DNA of 64,000 nucleotides from the human T2T-CHM13v2.0 reference genome, Homo sapiens. This document shows, piece by piece, positions 14,331 to 27,964 of this stretch. The stretch lies in the NCBI RefSeq assembly GCF_009914755.1, contig NC_060942.1; one strand, written 5' to 3'. The translations under genes were made by a program, and so were the position numbers. Within the stretch, counting starts at the first letter, position 1. Each line of letters starts with the position of its first letter. The notes beneath the pieces were generated by a model, which worked only from the letters and a program-made list of their open reading frames with translations, was not told the DNA's origin and ran no database searches.

Positions 14331-16400
14331 ACTTTTAGACAGAGTTAATTGCTTTCAGATCAAAACTGTTGTAACACCAAAGTGTCATAGCTTAGGTTGG
14401 CATTTTCTGGTACCCTCCATTTGTTCAGGTCTTCATCAAAGAAGCTTGGTGGAAGTTCCACCTTAAGATTTGTTACATATTTGTCCAGCCCATCTTACCA
14501 GGCCTGACAAGACTACTAGAATTCAGAAAAGAAGTATTTATATAATAAGCATGTGTCCAGGGCAGCTCATAAGTGGTGTCTTTCAGTAAAGTTAGATGGT
14601 AGGCAAGGTGCAGCAGAATGTCACTGAGGAAACTGCAAAATATAGCCTAATCAAGAGAACTGGTCAGAATTACAAGAAGTGCAAGGGAACTCTGATTTGC
14701 AAATTTATGTGTGTTTATACAAGTAAAATATTTTGCATCAGGAAAGCCTCAAATGAATTAGATCTGGAGCCCTTTCTTTGCTCTATGATCTAATTATGAA
14801 TATATTAAACCACTACTTGCATCCTCTGTACCTAAAACTAGTACCTTTTATACAGCCTATAATTCTCCTTAGATGTTGGCTATTTTAAGGAGAAATTTAG
14901 TCATCCTAATTGCATAGTTTCCAAAGTTAATGATTTCCTAAAACAAGGGAATCATTAGTTCATATTGCTTTCCTCTAACATCTTTCCCAAGTTTAAATGA
15001 ATGTATATACTAATGGGTATTAAAAGTAAATTTTCAGAAGCATTTTCAGGACTGGCATCTGCCTCAGACATTTATGTTCCCTTTCAGGAAGGAAGACTGT
15101 GAAAAGGAAAAATGCACTCTTTTAAGGTAAGTATCAGTGAGTAGATACATTAAGCGCCTGTGCTAGTGAAGCAATCAACATAATCATATTTACATTAATT
15201 AGAACATAAATGGAACAAACCAAATTTCTTTTTTATGCTATTTTTATGTTTAACTTGGCATGGAAACATAGAATCTGGGGAGATTCTTTCTCAACTTGAA
15301 TACATAATCGACACAAAAATAATAGGATAAAAACTTTAGAAGGATGTTAGAGTAATATGAAAACATGAATTTATAAAATTGAGCCATCTTAAGAGGGAGA
15401 AGTTTGCTTTGGTAAGAGAATAAAGATCAAGTAAACTTTCTCTACCATGACTAAGAGAATGAAATAAACCAGAGGATTTTGATACAATTATTTTTTGGAT
15501 TTTATTTTTACTTTTTGGCAGAGGTGGAAGGTAGGGAGAGAGTTGTCTAATAGAAATGTCCAAGGCCTGTTTCCTTAAGATTTTTAAAACACATCTCTAA
15601 TATGAGTGAGTGCATTACTACATAATTATCTAGGCCTTCATGGAAACTCTATGGGTAATTCCAGGCCCCAAATGGACATTAGACTAAATGATTTAGATCA
15701 CCTGTACTCACTCTAATGCGTTCAAGGTGAGTTAGAATAAAAAATCAGGGAATTTTAAAGAACTATGTTCTAACAAAGTTGAAAATTAACTTTTGTGCAG
15801 CTGTACTGTATTATCTCAAAATCTAAAGATTGCAGAGCAAATTTCAGGATTTCAGAGCGAACTGTGACTCAAGGATAAAAATCTGTTCTCTTTGTTTCCT
15901 TGGCATTGCATAGTCTTTTAAATGTCCCTGGTTAGAGGAGTTAGGTTAGTTGATAATAGAAATGTGAAATAAAATCAGGGGAAGCACAAAACAAGAGAAG
16001 GTAGCTATGAAACTTGCAGTAACAACTTTGTACTAGAAAAATATCCAAAAGGCATAGTTTATGTGAATACAGAACACTTTTGAAGTCAGTAACTAAATTA
16101 CAAAACAAGTTCAGCTTCTAGTAGTTAAAAATAAGGATTTTTAGGGAAACTCTTAAAACAATGCCCCACACTTTGTCTTTATATCACACTGACCATAACT
16201 CAATCTCACAGCCACACTAAGGGATCAGAGGATAGGAGATGCAGACTGTGCATGTGTGGTAATTTGCCCAGCAAAGAAGCCAAAGTTCTACAACAGAGCA
16301 GGGGGAATATGGGTATTAGGAGGCAGCTAATGGTCTTTCCTATATTTCTATTCCACAACTATTCTTGAAATATATTCCTTTTTGACTTCTAAAATGTAGC

Positions 16401-16529
16401 TGTAGGGGAGAAAGACTAACATCTTTTCTTCACCATCACTAGGTTCATCACTGAGACCCCCATAACAAAAGATAGGTTAGCAAGAAAAAAGCATATAAAT
16501 ATATTTAATGTAAGTTTTACATGACACAG
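16401..16529 (-). mobile_element. ERV1 (MER4-group) LTR end fragment, cut by THE1
   Basis: 'tgtaggggagaaag...acccccataacaaaagataggttagcaagaaaaaagcatataaat...ttttacatgacaca'. Confidence 0.6.
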
Positions 16530-16887
16530 TGTATTAGTCCGTTTTCATGCTGCTAATAAAGACATACCCAAGCCTGGGTAATTTATAAAGGAAGAGGTTT
16601 AATGGACTCACAGTTCCACGTGGCTGGGAGGCCTTACAATCATGGCAGAAGGTGAAAGGTATGTCTTACATGGCTGCAGCAAGAGATAATGAGAACCAAG
16701 TGAAAGAGGTTTCCCCTTATAAAACCATCAGATCTCATGAGACTTATTCACTACCATGAGAACAGGATGGGGGAAACCACACCCATGATTCAGTTATCTC
16801 CCACCAGATCCCTCCTACAACATGTGGGAATTACAGGAGCTACAATTCAAGATGAGATTTGGGTGGGGACACAGCCAAACCATATCA
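16530..16887 (-). mobile_element. THE1 (B/C) LTR; 3' LTR of the element
   Basis: 'tgtattagtccgttttcatgctgctaataaagacatacc...ggggacacagccaaaccatatca'. Confidence 0.95.
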
Positions 16888-18241
16888 TTTTGCCCCAGCC
16901 CCTCACAAATCTTTTGTCTTCACATTTCAAAATCAATCATGCTTTCCCAGCAGTCCCCCAAATTCTTAAATCATTTCAGCATTAACTCAAAAGTCCACAG
17001 TCAAACGTTTCATTCAATACAAGGCAAGTCTCTTCCACCTATGAGCCTGTAAAATCAAAGGCAAGTTAGTTATTTCCTAGATACTATGGGGGTACAGGAA
17101 TTAGGTAAATACACTCATTCCAAATGGGAGAAATGGGCCAAAACAAAGGGCTAAAGGCCCCGTGCAAGTCTGAAATCCAGTGGGCCACTCAAATCTTAAA
17201 CCTCCAAAAAGATCTCCTTTGACTCCGTGTCTCACATCCAGGTCATGCCGACGCGAGAGATGAGCTCCCACGGCCTCGGGCAGCTCTGCCCCTGTGGCTT
17301 TGTAGAGTATAGTCCCTCTCCTGGCTGCTTTCATGGGCTTTCATTGAGTGTCTGTGGCTTTTCCAGGTGCATGGTGCAAGCTGTCAGTGGATCTACCATT
17401 CTGGGGTCTGGAGGATGGTGGCCCTCTTCTCACAGCTCCACTAAGCAGTGTCCCAGTGGTGAGTCTCTGTGGGAGCTTCAACACCACATTTCCCTTCTGC
17501 ACTGCTGTAGCAGAGGTTCTCTGGGAGGCCTCTGCTCCTGCAGCAGACTTCTGTCTGTACATCCAGGAATTTCCATACATCCTCTGAAGTCTAGGCAGAG
17601 GTTCCCAAACCTCAATTCATGACTTCTGTGCACTCACAGGCTCAACACCATGTGGAAGCTGCCAAGGCTTGGGGCTTGTGCCCTTGGAAGCAATGGCCTG
17701 AGCTGTACCTTGGCCCCTTTTAGCCATGGCTAGAGTGGCTGGGATGCAGGGCACCAAGTCCTTAGGGTGCATATGGCAGGGGGGCCCTGGTCCTGGCCCA
17801 TGAAACCACTTTGTTCTCCTGGGCTTCTGGGCCTGTGATGGGAGGGGCTGCAGTGAATGTCTCTGACATGTCCTGGAGACATTTTCCCCATTGTCTTGGA
17901 GATTAACATTTGGCTCCTTGTTACTTATGCAAATTTCTGCAGCAGGCTTGAATTTCTTCTTAGAAAATGGGTTTTTCTTTTCTATTGCATCGTCCAGCTG
18001 CAAATTTTCTGAACTTTTATGTTTCATTTCCTTTTAAAACTGAATGCTTTTAACAGCACCCAAGTCACCTCTTGAATGCTTTGCTGCTTAGAAATTTCTT
18101 CCCTGATACTCTAAATCATCTCTTTCAGGTTCAAAGTTCACAAATCTCTAGGGCAGCAAAATGCCGCCAGTCTTTTTGCTAAAACGTAGCAAGAATCACC
18201 TTTGCTCCAGTTCCCAACAAGTTCCTCATCTCCATCTGAGA

Positions 18242-18246
<5 letters not shown>
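16888..18246 (-). mobile_element. THE1 internal sequence, truncated before its 5' LTR
   Basis: Typical MaLR-int ('aactcaaaagtccacagtc', 'gtggatctaccattctggggtctggaggatggtggccc'); ends at 'ctccatctgagaccacc'. Confidence 0.92.
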
Positions 18247-18913
<667 letters not shown>

Positions 18914-19873
18914 AGGAATATAAGTAGATTTTACTCAGTGTAACTTGATTGGGAGTTGAGATAATAGTGGCTCTTAATTACAACCAGAAAGTAGAATTTG
19001 GGGTTTGTTTCTGTGTTCGTTTGAATTATGTTTCTTTACCTTGAAGATCAAAGAACCGTTATTAGAGATTTCTTTAATATCAAGTTATGTCTGAAATAGG
19101 CTCATTTAAAAGCAAGGTTTGTATTGTAATAAATCCTGGTATAATAGAAATTTCAGAATATTTTTCACATTTTCATAATCATTCATTTTAATCACTAATG
19201 CCAGATGCCTTGATCATTGAGAGAAAAATATAAAAGAGAAATGAGTTAAAATATTTTGTGGCCTCATTTAGGTTTGAATGTTTATGTATATGTTTCAAGA
19301 ATTACATAAAGTATACTTAGCCCAATATGTACTGGTACAAACTGTAAAATAGTCAACTATTGCTTCTTTAGCACATTTTCTAGAAGCATATTTTTATGAC
19401 AAAACACTCTTTGTTTAATATTTACAGAGTATAAGGCTTTGGAAACTTTTGATATATGTGTGCTTTCTTAGAAGTAATAAGTCAAATAATTGGATAGATA
19501 TTCAATTCAAACAATTATAATTACTCTAACAAATAGTATATCTATTCGCCTAATAGTTCTGAGACCTAAATTGAAATTAAGATGTTGAGGGGATAGATGG
19601 TTATTAATTGGAGGGATCACACATATTTTAGGTAAATTTCATAGATAATAGAAGATTCCAAATATTTACTGTTTGAAAAGCAAAAACAAATGTTAAATCT
19701 GGTAAAGTTCAAAGAAGTTCAAAGTATTAGCATAAGCTTATTGTTCTAACTACGAGCAAACAGAAGAGGCACCTTGTTTTGAAGTTACGTGAAACTTCAG
19801 AAAAAAAGGCCAGTATTCTCACATGTCAGTTCGAATACCTACCAAAGAAGGGAGCGCTGTGAATGAGTAACAA

Positions 19874-20581
19874 TGGGAGGCAGAATGATGACCCCCCAAA
19901 GAGGTTCATATCCTGATCCCTGGAATTTGTGAATATGTTACATTACATGGCAAGGGGGAATTAAGGTTGCAGATGGAATTAAGGCTGCTAATTAGCTGAC
20001 CTTAAAATAGGGAGACTACCCTGGTTGATTGGAGTGGACCTAGTATAATCCCAAGGACCTTAAATGTGGAAGAGGGAGGCAGAAGAGTCAGTGTTAAGAG
20101 TGATGCAATGTGAGAAAGACTCTACTCGCCATTGCTGGCTTTGGAAACGCGATGGGGCCATGAAATGTAGGCAACCTCTAGATTTTGGAAAAGATGAGTA
20201 GAGGAATTTTCCCCTACAGCTTTCAGAAGGAACCAGCTCTGCTGACACCTTAATTTTAGCCAAGAGAAACGGGTTTTAGATTTTTGACCTCTAGAACTAT
20301 AAAATTATAAATTTGTGTTGTTTTAAGATGCTAAGTTTGTGGTACATTATGTCTTCACTTATCGTCATTGGTAGGTTTTTGGAAACTGTGACTTAAGCAA
20401 AATAGCATACAGCAGACACTCAATATTGTTTAGTTCAATATCATTTTGTTATAATGTTGTTAAGAAAAAATTGGTTTTGTTACACTTCATTTCTCTTAAA
20501 GTCGCAGTTTCCAAGAACCTACTGACATTGCTCAGTGAAGACTAACTGTACTTGTTACAGCAGCAATAAGAAACTAAAACG
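19874..20581 (+). mobile_element. MLT1D-like LTR interrupted by a MITE
   Basis: 'ggcagaatgatgacccccc...gaatatgttacattacatggcaaggggg...ttaaggttgcagatggaattaagg'; terminal 'ttgttacagcagcaataagaaactaa' resumes after 20550. Confidence 0.88.
20345..20548. mobile_element. MER6B-like Tc1/mariner (Tigger) MITE
   Basis: ~204 bp with long imperfect terminal inverted repeats ('gtcttcact...gtaggtttttggaaactgtgactt' / 'aagtcgcagtttccaagaacctac...agtgaagac') and TA TSD. Confidence 0.85.
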
Positions 20582-21499
20582 ACAACCAAGGTGAGCTCTC
20601 TGAATAGAAATACACCAGTAATGGAAAACAATAAAATTTCCAAGTGCTAACATGAACAGGATGAAACAACTCCTAAAATTATTATCTTCCACTCCCTCTG
20701 ATAATAATTTCATTAGATTGAACATCTAGTAGTTATTTGGAGTAATAAGTAGATATAAAAGACAGACTAGATGACTGACCAGCATTCTTAAGCTGTTTAC
20801 ATCTGTTTAAAAATGAATGTAGGAATGAGAGAAAACCTCATTCCTTGGAGTTTTGTTAGTGTGTTTCAGCTGATGAGAACCTAATGATTCCTTCATGAGC
20901 AAATGAACTGGAATCTGAAGATAGACAAGACTGTGTCTGTGGAATTGCTTTTGTGAACACTTATCATATGGGTGTCCAACATCCAAACTTCCATTCCTAT
21001 TGACACCCTTATCTTCATTTTACAGAATTCCTCATACTGTATAGTCTTAGCAGTTAGGGCTTTCCAGAAAGACCAAGAGTCTCTATCCTGGCAGCAGCAG
21101 TAGACCAGCCTGTGGTCATGGTAGGTCTCAGTGGTGGAGCCACTGCTCAAACCTCCAAAGTTCACGTCTTCCTACGTATTTTCTAATCCTGGACCTCCAC
21201 CTTCCCTTCATTCATTGAGTCCCTGATATCAGTCCAGTAACTTGTCTTTTGTTTAAATAAATTAGTCTGTTCCTACAGCTTCTAACCGGGAACAAAGCAG
21301 ATACCCACACCAAGGAACTTCAACCTTTAAATAGCCTATACATGCTGACAGCATAAGATTTTATTCTGTTTCTAAAACTGCCAATTGACTGATGACTGCC
21401 ATCCTAATAAACAATTGTAACCGCATAAACAAATATTATTACCTAAATTTATTCTCTGCAATCAACTGCACAGTTCATTTCTAAAATAAAAAATTCTTT

Positions 21500-22230
21500 T
21501 ACAATGACAAAATCACAAAGAGAAGACTGACATATTTGACTATCAAAATATTTATACAATTTTTAAAAATAAAGAATAAATATTTACGAAAAATCAGTTT
21601 GAGAAAATGCTTAAGTACAAAAACAAGGTATATGCACCTGTATAAAATAAAGAGGTTATGTAACTGTCCCCCAAACATTCAAGATCCAAGAAACAATTCA
21701 CACTTGATAAAATACAAAAAGTTCCAACATTTTTGAAAAATATTTGGTCTTGGTTTGATATAATCAAAGGAATAAAAATTAAAGCATCATTAAGATATAA
21801 TTTTGTATCTATTAAAATAAAAAATGTTTTAAAGTATTGACACATAATTTTGATGATATGGTGAAACAAATATATTTATATACAATTACAGAACTATAAA
21901 ATTGTGTCACTGGCTGTTTCTGGCTGCAATAAGATAATTTTTGAAAGTCATAAAATATTCATAAGTAGTTAATTCAATAGAGAAAGAACAGCTACCCGGA
22001 CAAAGGTATTTATTACATCATTATCAAAAATACTAAAAATCTATAAAAGATAGGATGGTAGGGAATAGTCAAGTAAGTCATAATACAATATCTAACAGAA
22101 TACTATGTAGTTATTGACAATAACAATTGTGGAAACATTAAGACTACTTAATTATAGGAATCTTAAAAAGAATAAAAATTACAACCATATAATCTTTATT
22201 CATTAAAAAAGATTAAAAAGGAATATTTTA
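21500..22230 (+). mobile_element. Very old L1 (L1ME-like) 3' fragments
   Basis: A-rich, with degenerate L1 motifs ('actgacatatttgactatcaaaata', 'cagaatactatgtagttatt'). Confidence 0.5.
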
Positions 22231-22290
22231 AAAACTGTGTTTAATTATCAAAATTGTGAGATACTTTTTCATTAAAAGTGACTTTAATGT

Positions 22291-22546
22291 GAGCCAGGCT
22301 CAGTGGCTTACGTCTGTAATCCCAGCACTTTGGGAGGCTAAGGCGCGTGCATCACTTGAGGTCAGGATTTCAAGACCAGTCTGGCCAATATGATGCAACT
22401 CTGTCTCTATTAAAAATACAAAAATTAGCTGGGCATGGTGATGTGTACCTATAATCCCAGCTACTCCGGTGGCTGAGGCAGGAGAATCGCTTGAACTTGG
22501 GAGGTGAAGGTACAGAGTGAGACTCCATCACAAATTAAAAAAAAAA
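22291..22546 (+). mobile_element. AluS with ~40-bp right-arm deletion
   Basis: 'gaggtgaaggt|acagagtgagactcc' lacks the tgcagtgag...gggcg segment; 19-bp TSD 'aaaagtga(c/a)tttaatgtga'. Confidence 0.93.
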
Positions 22547-24679
22547 GTGAATTTAATGTGAACACAGTTTTGTAATAATAAGAGAGAAAATGATAGATCG
22601 GTGATGAAATTAATGTAAAAATTGGAAACTTCAAAGGCATAATCGAAATTTTAGAAGATTTGTCTCCTCTATTATTAGGTCAGTCAAAAGACATGGATTA
22701 AACATAACAATAAAATAACTCTACCAAGTACATTATCTTGGAGAATGTTAAACTCAGAGTCTTGTATTTTTCTTATTTCCCAAAGAATTCCAAGTTCACG
22801 ATTACTCCAAATCCAAAAACATTCAGAGTGTGGACTATTATATTGAAATGAACCAAATATAAAACGAACCATCCTGTCTACACAATTTAAAAATGCTTGT
22901 TTACATTATATTGCAAGCATAAATCATATACCCTTCATGTAAGAAGGGTTATTGTGTCAAAGCTTGAAGATAATATAGAGATATATAGAGAGACAAACAG
23001 ACATGCAGAACGTATACTACAATTATAACCATCAAGAAATGCTAAATTACTCTTTTGAGTGACTTTGAGTAACAGGCATCACCCCTCTTACAAAGCAGAT
23101 GCAATAAACAAATTCTCTAGTTATCCATTAGTAAGGAGAATTTAGAGGATGTTAAAGAATGGGGAGATCTATGCTTTCATTTGACATGGACATGTGTCAA
23201 ATGTAAAATGATAGGATTTTAAAAACATACTAAATGTGCATCTACAAGCTGTCAGATCACAGATGGAAAACTGACCACAAGGAGATCATTCATATGTAAA
23301 TTCTAAATAATTTACTCAAGAACATGGCTTGCGCTAGAAGATATTGCCAGTCAGTCCTCTCTGTACATTTTTATGTACCTAGCCTGACAGCCCATCTGTC
23401 TCTAGTTCCCTTCCTTATCCCAATAACATTCTATATATCTCTCAAACACAAAGAAGATTAGTAAAGAAAATGACACAGGCAGGGCTAAATTTTAAAAGCC
23501 TATTTTTTCCTTACACAGTAGCAGTGATTTATAACAAGATGAAAATTAGCCAGAGAAAACAAAGTATGTTCTTCCTCATGGGTCAGTTAGACCAAGGCTT
23601 GGAACATGCGGACCAGCCCAGTAGCCAATGCAATTAGTTGATCAATACGAACTCCTGTGTGCCACTTGGCCTTCTAAGGGCTGACGCTACAATGCATTTC
23701 CTTAGGCCTGTGTGGTAACCAAGTGCATGACAGGTGCAAAGCTGTGCTATGGAATAAGCTCAGAGACCATTAAGAATATCCTAAGAATCTCTAATTTCAC
23801 ATGTTATTTAACTCATGAATAGTGGGATCACTATAGCACAGTATTGTACTTAAAAATAATTATTTAAAAATATATATGAAAACTATATTTCCTTTAAACA
23901 ACATTCCAGTATAGCTTCTGATGCTCTCTGTCATTTATTACTGAGCAGTAGGAAGTCCAAATAAAATATTGGGCAAGACAAGGAAGTAATTGGATTGTTT
24001 TGTATGAAGGACTTTATATATCACTGCATATATCTCAAAGTGTTTTCACATGGCTCCTGTAAAACTATTTGGGCAAGTATTAAGGATCTAGACTGTTTTC
24101 CTCAGGTAATAAGGAGGAATCAGGCATCAAGAGTTGAGGGAAATGTCCAGGGTCACAGAAGCAGAGTAAAATAGAAGCTGTCACAATTCAAGGATCCCTT
24201 CACTTCATACTTGATATATATGTTATATTTATTATATTGAATATATGTAATAATTACAATTTAATTTTCTTAAGATAAAGATATTCAGCATTTATATGTG
24301 CTACTAATCAAAGGTATGTTAACCCGTAGGTAACCTCCAAGAAGCAGATAATAATCCGTATTGAGTCACCAAATCAAAGAATCTAGAATTTATAAATAAC
24401 TCTATCCAACCTCACCTCAAAAATATAAATCCCCTCAATAATATACTTGATACATAACCTTTTTGAAATGTGCTTCATTAAGTCTGGATACCTGTTTGAC
24501 TCGGTTATAACAAACTCAGTGACGATAAGTCCACTTTCTCCCACAGTTCCTCCAACTGCCACTTACCTATTCACTTCTTGTGCTGGTTAGACATAAGTTC
24601 ACCATAGTGCTTCTTTTAATGTTTTATTTTCTTTCTAAAGAAAAAAGTACAGAAAAAATGAGGTTTAAGTTCATTAAAC

Positions 24680-24955
24680 AGCCCAAATGTTCATCAACAA
24701 GTTTATAGTTCAGATAAACTTCTAGTTAATGCCAACTAATCTATAGTGACAGAAAGCAGAGCAGTGAAATCTGAGTACAGGGCAGGAAACAAAAGAGAGG
24801 AAGGAATTAGAAAGTGTCATGAGAAATTCGGGGAAGTGTATGTGTGGTCATTATGTTTCATGGGCGTTTATATGTCAAAACTTGTTAAACTGCACACTTT
24901 ATATATGTGTAGTTTATATGTAAATTACACTTCAATAAAACTGTAAAAAATAAAA
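24680..24955 (+). mobile_element. Old L1 3'UTR fragment (L1MC/ME)
   Basis: 'tttatatgtcaaaacttgttaaactgcacactttatatatgtgtagtttatatgtaaattacacttcaataaaa'. Confidence 0.7.
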
Positions 24956-26299
24956 ATTTATAAGTTTTATTTTTAAGAAAAGGAGACCGCCAACAAGGTC
25001 TCAGAAAGTGAAAATCTCTCCTTCTGGACCCGATTTTTGTGTTCTTATGAATGTGGAATCTATATCTTTCATTTGACTTGGCCATTTACACTACACTGAC
25101 TGCAATAAGTTATTGCTTACTCCTTTTAGCCTCTTCCCTAATACACTATGTAGAGAAAAAAAAATAGACCAGATGCCACAGAAAATGACAAAGTTATGTG
25201 GAATAAATAGTTCCTGCTGTCAGGAAATATGGTGGCCCTATGCTGATGGAGTATCTCCATACTAAATACCCACAGAGATTGTCTCTTTCCATCTTGCCCT
25301 TGAGAGTTTGCCAATTTGGGCTGGAAGGGGGATATCTGCTTTTTTCATTCTAGAAGATTCCCTATGAAGAAAACTCCGCCAACGAAACGGTACCTTTTTC
25401 TTGTGTCTACAAACTCTTACTAAGCATTCTCTATGTGAAATTTTCCCAAATAGTAATTCCCAGGATCCAGAATTTGGGACACTGCACACTTGCTTAACAC
25501 ATATCTTTGTGCAAGGGCATGCTTCTCCTCAATTTATTGTGGTTCTCTGTTAACATAAATCCCCATTGCATGTAAAAATGGGACCCAACAGCTTTAGTCT
25601 CCGTCAAGTCTGTTACTAGAATATGCTCTGCCTTCTTTTATCACTCACTACAGAAGGCTTGTGTTAAGCAATTTTGCCACAGAACAGGGTTGACTCTAAC
25701 GTAATTATCACAGATATCGATTGTGAATGATCTTTTTCAACAGTTGTGAACAGATACTTTCCATCATTAGAGACAGTAGTTTATTAACTGCATATACATG
25801 TACTTGTGCTGCTGCCTAGAGCAAATGTAAAGGCTCCTCTAAGTAAGATCCAAAATATCCTAACCTTACTAGATCTTCAGGAAGTTGAGGACAAAAAGAA
25901 TTCTTCATAACTCATTCACTTATTATGTCCCAGCAGCTCGAGAAATGCCTTGGGAATGACTTATTTTGGAGGCATTGAGTGTTCTGGCTTTGAGACCCAT
26001 ATGTAATTATGTACACGGGATTGTTGCAGAACTCAAACAAGATATTGACTTCTTTTACCATCTAAAGGATGTACCCTTAGTCACAGTACATTCTGACTAA
26101 GAGAACCAGCCCAGCACTAATGTTTACTTAAAAGGTAAATAAATGTATATGGTGATCCTTGTGGTCATTTAAGCAGCACTACTCACATTAGGTACCAACG
26201 TATGAAAATAAGAAAACAGTTCCGAGAGATAATAGTAGAAAACAGTTCCAAGACATAATAAAATCAGAAACAACATCTCTGTAGTTCATTACAGTTTGT

Positions 26300-26480
26300 G
26301 TGAGTGTTTTATATTTATTATGCTCCTCAAAACAAATCTAAGCTGTGTAATAATGACTATTAACATTTTACAGAAGATGAAACTGAGTTACAGAAGAACA
26401 ACTGCCGAATGACTTGACAAAACCTACACAGCCAGAATCTGAAGCTAAATGTTATTGGCTTCAAAGACAGTACTCTTTCT
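26300..26480 (-). mobile_element. MIR SINE
   Basis: Core 'cattttacagaagatgaaactgag...tgacttgacaaaacctacacagc'. Confidence 0.7.
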
Positions 26481-26596
26481 TCTTTTAAGTTTTTTTCTTA
26501 CTTTTAGAAGTTATTGTTTTATTTTGATTATGGCAATAATATATGACCATTGTAGAAAATCTCGTAAAAGTAGAACAACATAAAATATAAAATTAA

Positions 26597-26735
26597 GGCT
26601 GGGCACTGAAGCTCATGCCTGTAATCCAAGCCCTTTGGAGGCTAAGGTGGGAGGATTTCTTGAGGCCAAGAGTTTGAGACCAGCCTGGGCAACATAGCAA
26701 GAATGCCATCTCTAAAAAATAAAATTTAAAAAATG
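26597..26735 (+). mobile_element. FLAM/AluJ left monomer
   Basis: 'ggctgggcactgaagctcatgcctgtaatcc...gcctgggcaacatagcaaga...tctctaaaaaat'. Confidence 0.9.
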
Positions 26736-26821
26736 CAAAAAATTAAAATTATCCAAAATCCCATTACCAAGACAGGCATTGGTAAATTCTGTGTATTTCA
26801 TATTTATAGGATTAAAAACAT

Positions 26822-27034
26822 ACTCCTGGGCTCAAGTTATCCTTCCATCTCAGCCTCCTAAGTAGCTGGGGCTATGGGCATCTGCCACCATGCCTCACTA
26901 ATTAAAAATTTTTTGCAGAGATGGAGTCTTGCTATATTTCCCAAGATGGACTTGAACTCCTGGGCTCAAGCAGTCCTCCCACCTCAGCCTTCCAAGTTGC
27001 TGGAACTATATAGGTGCACACCACTGTGTCCGGC
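26822..27034 (-). mobile_element. AluJ lacking its 3' part
   Basis: 'ctcctgggctcaag...gtcttgctatatttcccaag...ctcctgggctcaagcagtcctcccacctcagcc'. Confidence 0.88.
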
Positions 27035-27094
27035 TAAATTTGTGTATTTCCATGGATGTATAATATATTTACATATCTACTATCTTTCATCAAA

Positions 27095-27510
27095 TTTTTT
27101 GTAAAATAGACTCTGAATTGGAGATTTGCATACAGGAAGTTTAATGGTTTATCCTCTGGAACAATGTCTGTAAGAGAGGGAGGAAAGCAGGAATGTTCCA
27201 AGGGAAAAGTTGAAGCATGGTGAGTTACAACAGAGGCATACATTGTTCAGTTCCACATGGAAATTTAGATCTTGGATGGACCTTCCAACTGGTGTTGATT
27301 TGATATCAGGAGCCCCTCTGTAACCACACATTGACTAGTGACTGGATATAAGCTGCCCCTTGGGGAGAGGGCTGGACATCAGACAAGGCAGATCCATGGA
27401 AATTCTAAGAAAGTGACTCAAATGTGGGCTATCAGCAGCCAATCTTCTATGCATTTGATGGAATAAGTGCCTCTGTCCTGAGGAGGTGACCACAACCTTC
27501 ACTACAGTTC
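27095..27510 (-). mobile_element. ERVL LTR16-like LTR
   Basis: 'agactctgaattggagatttgcatacaggaagtttaat...gaaagcaggaat...gggaaaagttgaagc'. Confidence 0.65.
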
Positions 27511-27575
27511 ATCTCTGTGCCACATAGATTTACTTCCCTGGTAGGATGACCAATAGGTGGGTTGTAGACCCAGTG

Positions 27576-27652
27576 AAAATATTCTGAGTCAAAGCTGCAT
27601 CTTCATTTATTTATTAAAATATTCTGAATCAAAGCCACATCTTCATTATTAT
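27576..27652. repeat. Tandem duplication, 2 x ~40 bp
   Basis: 'aaaatattctgagtcaaagctgcatcttcatttatttatt' followed by 'aaaatattctgaatcaaagccacatcttcattatt'. Confidence 0.9.
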
Positions 27653-27964
27653 CTGCTATCCATAAGTCTCACTTGAATAGTGGGGCCATGATACACTTGA
27701 GGACCCCACAAAAGTCCTTGAAATAACTTAGTATTCTCTGTCCCTAGTATTCTGTATTCCCATTTTACAGTTACCCAAGTAAATGGGTATAGGGTTTATT
27801 TTTGTTTAAATGAAAGTATTGAGAAAATCATTACTGTAGACGGTTGCCATGGTGTTGCAGAATTTTTCCTCCTAAAAACTCAGATTCTCCTTCTATCAAT
27901 GGTTTCTGGTTGTGCAAATTGACCCAGGTCCCGAAATACAGTTTATTATATAAATACACCACAT

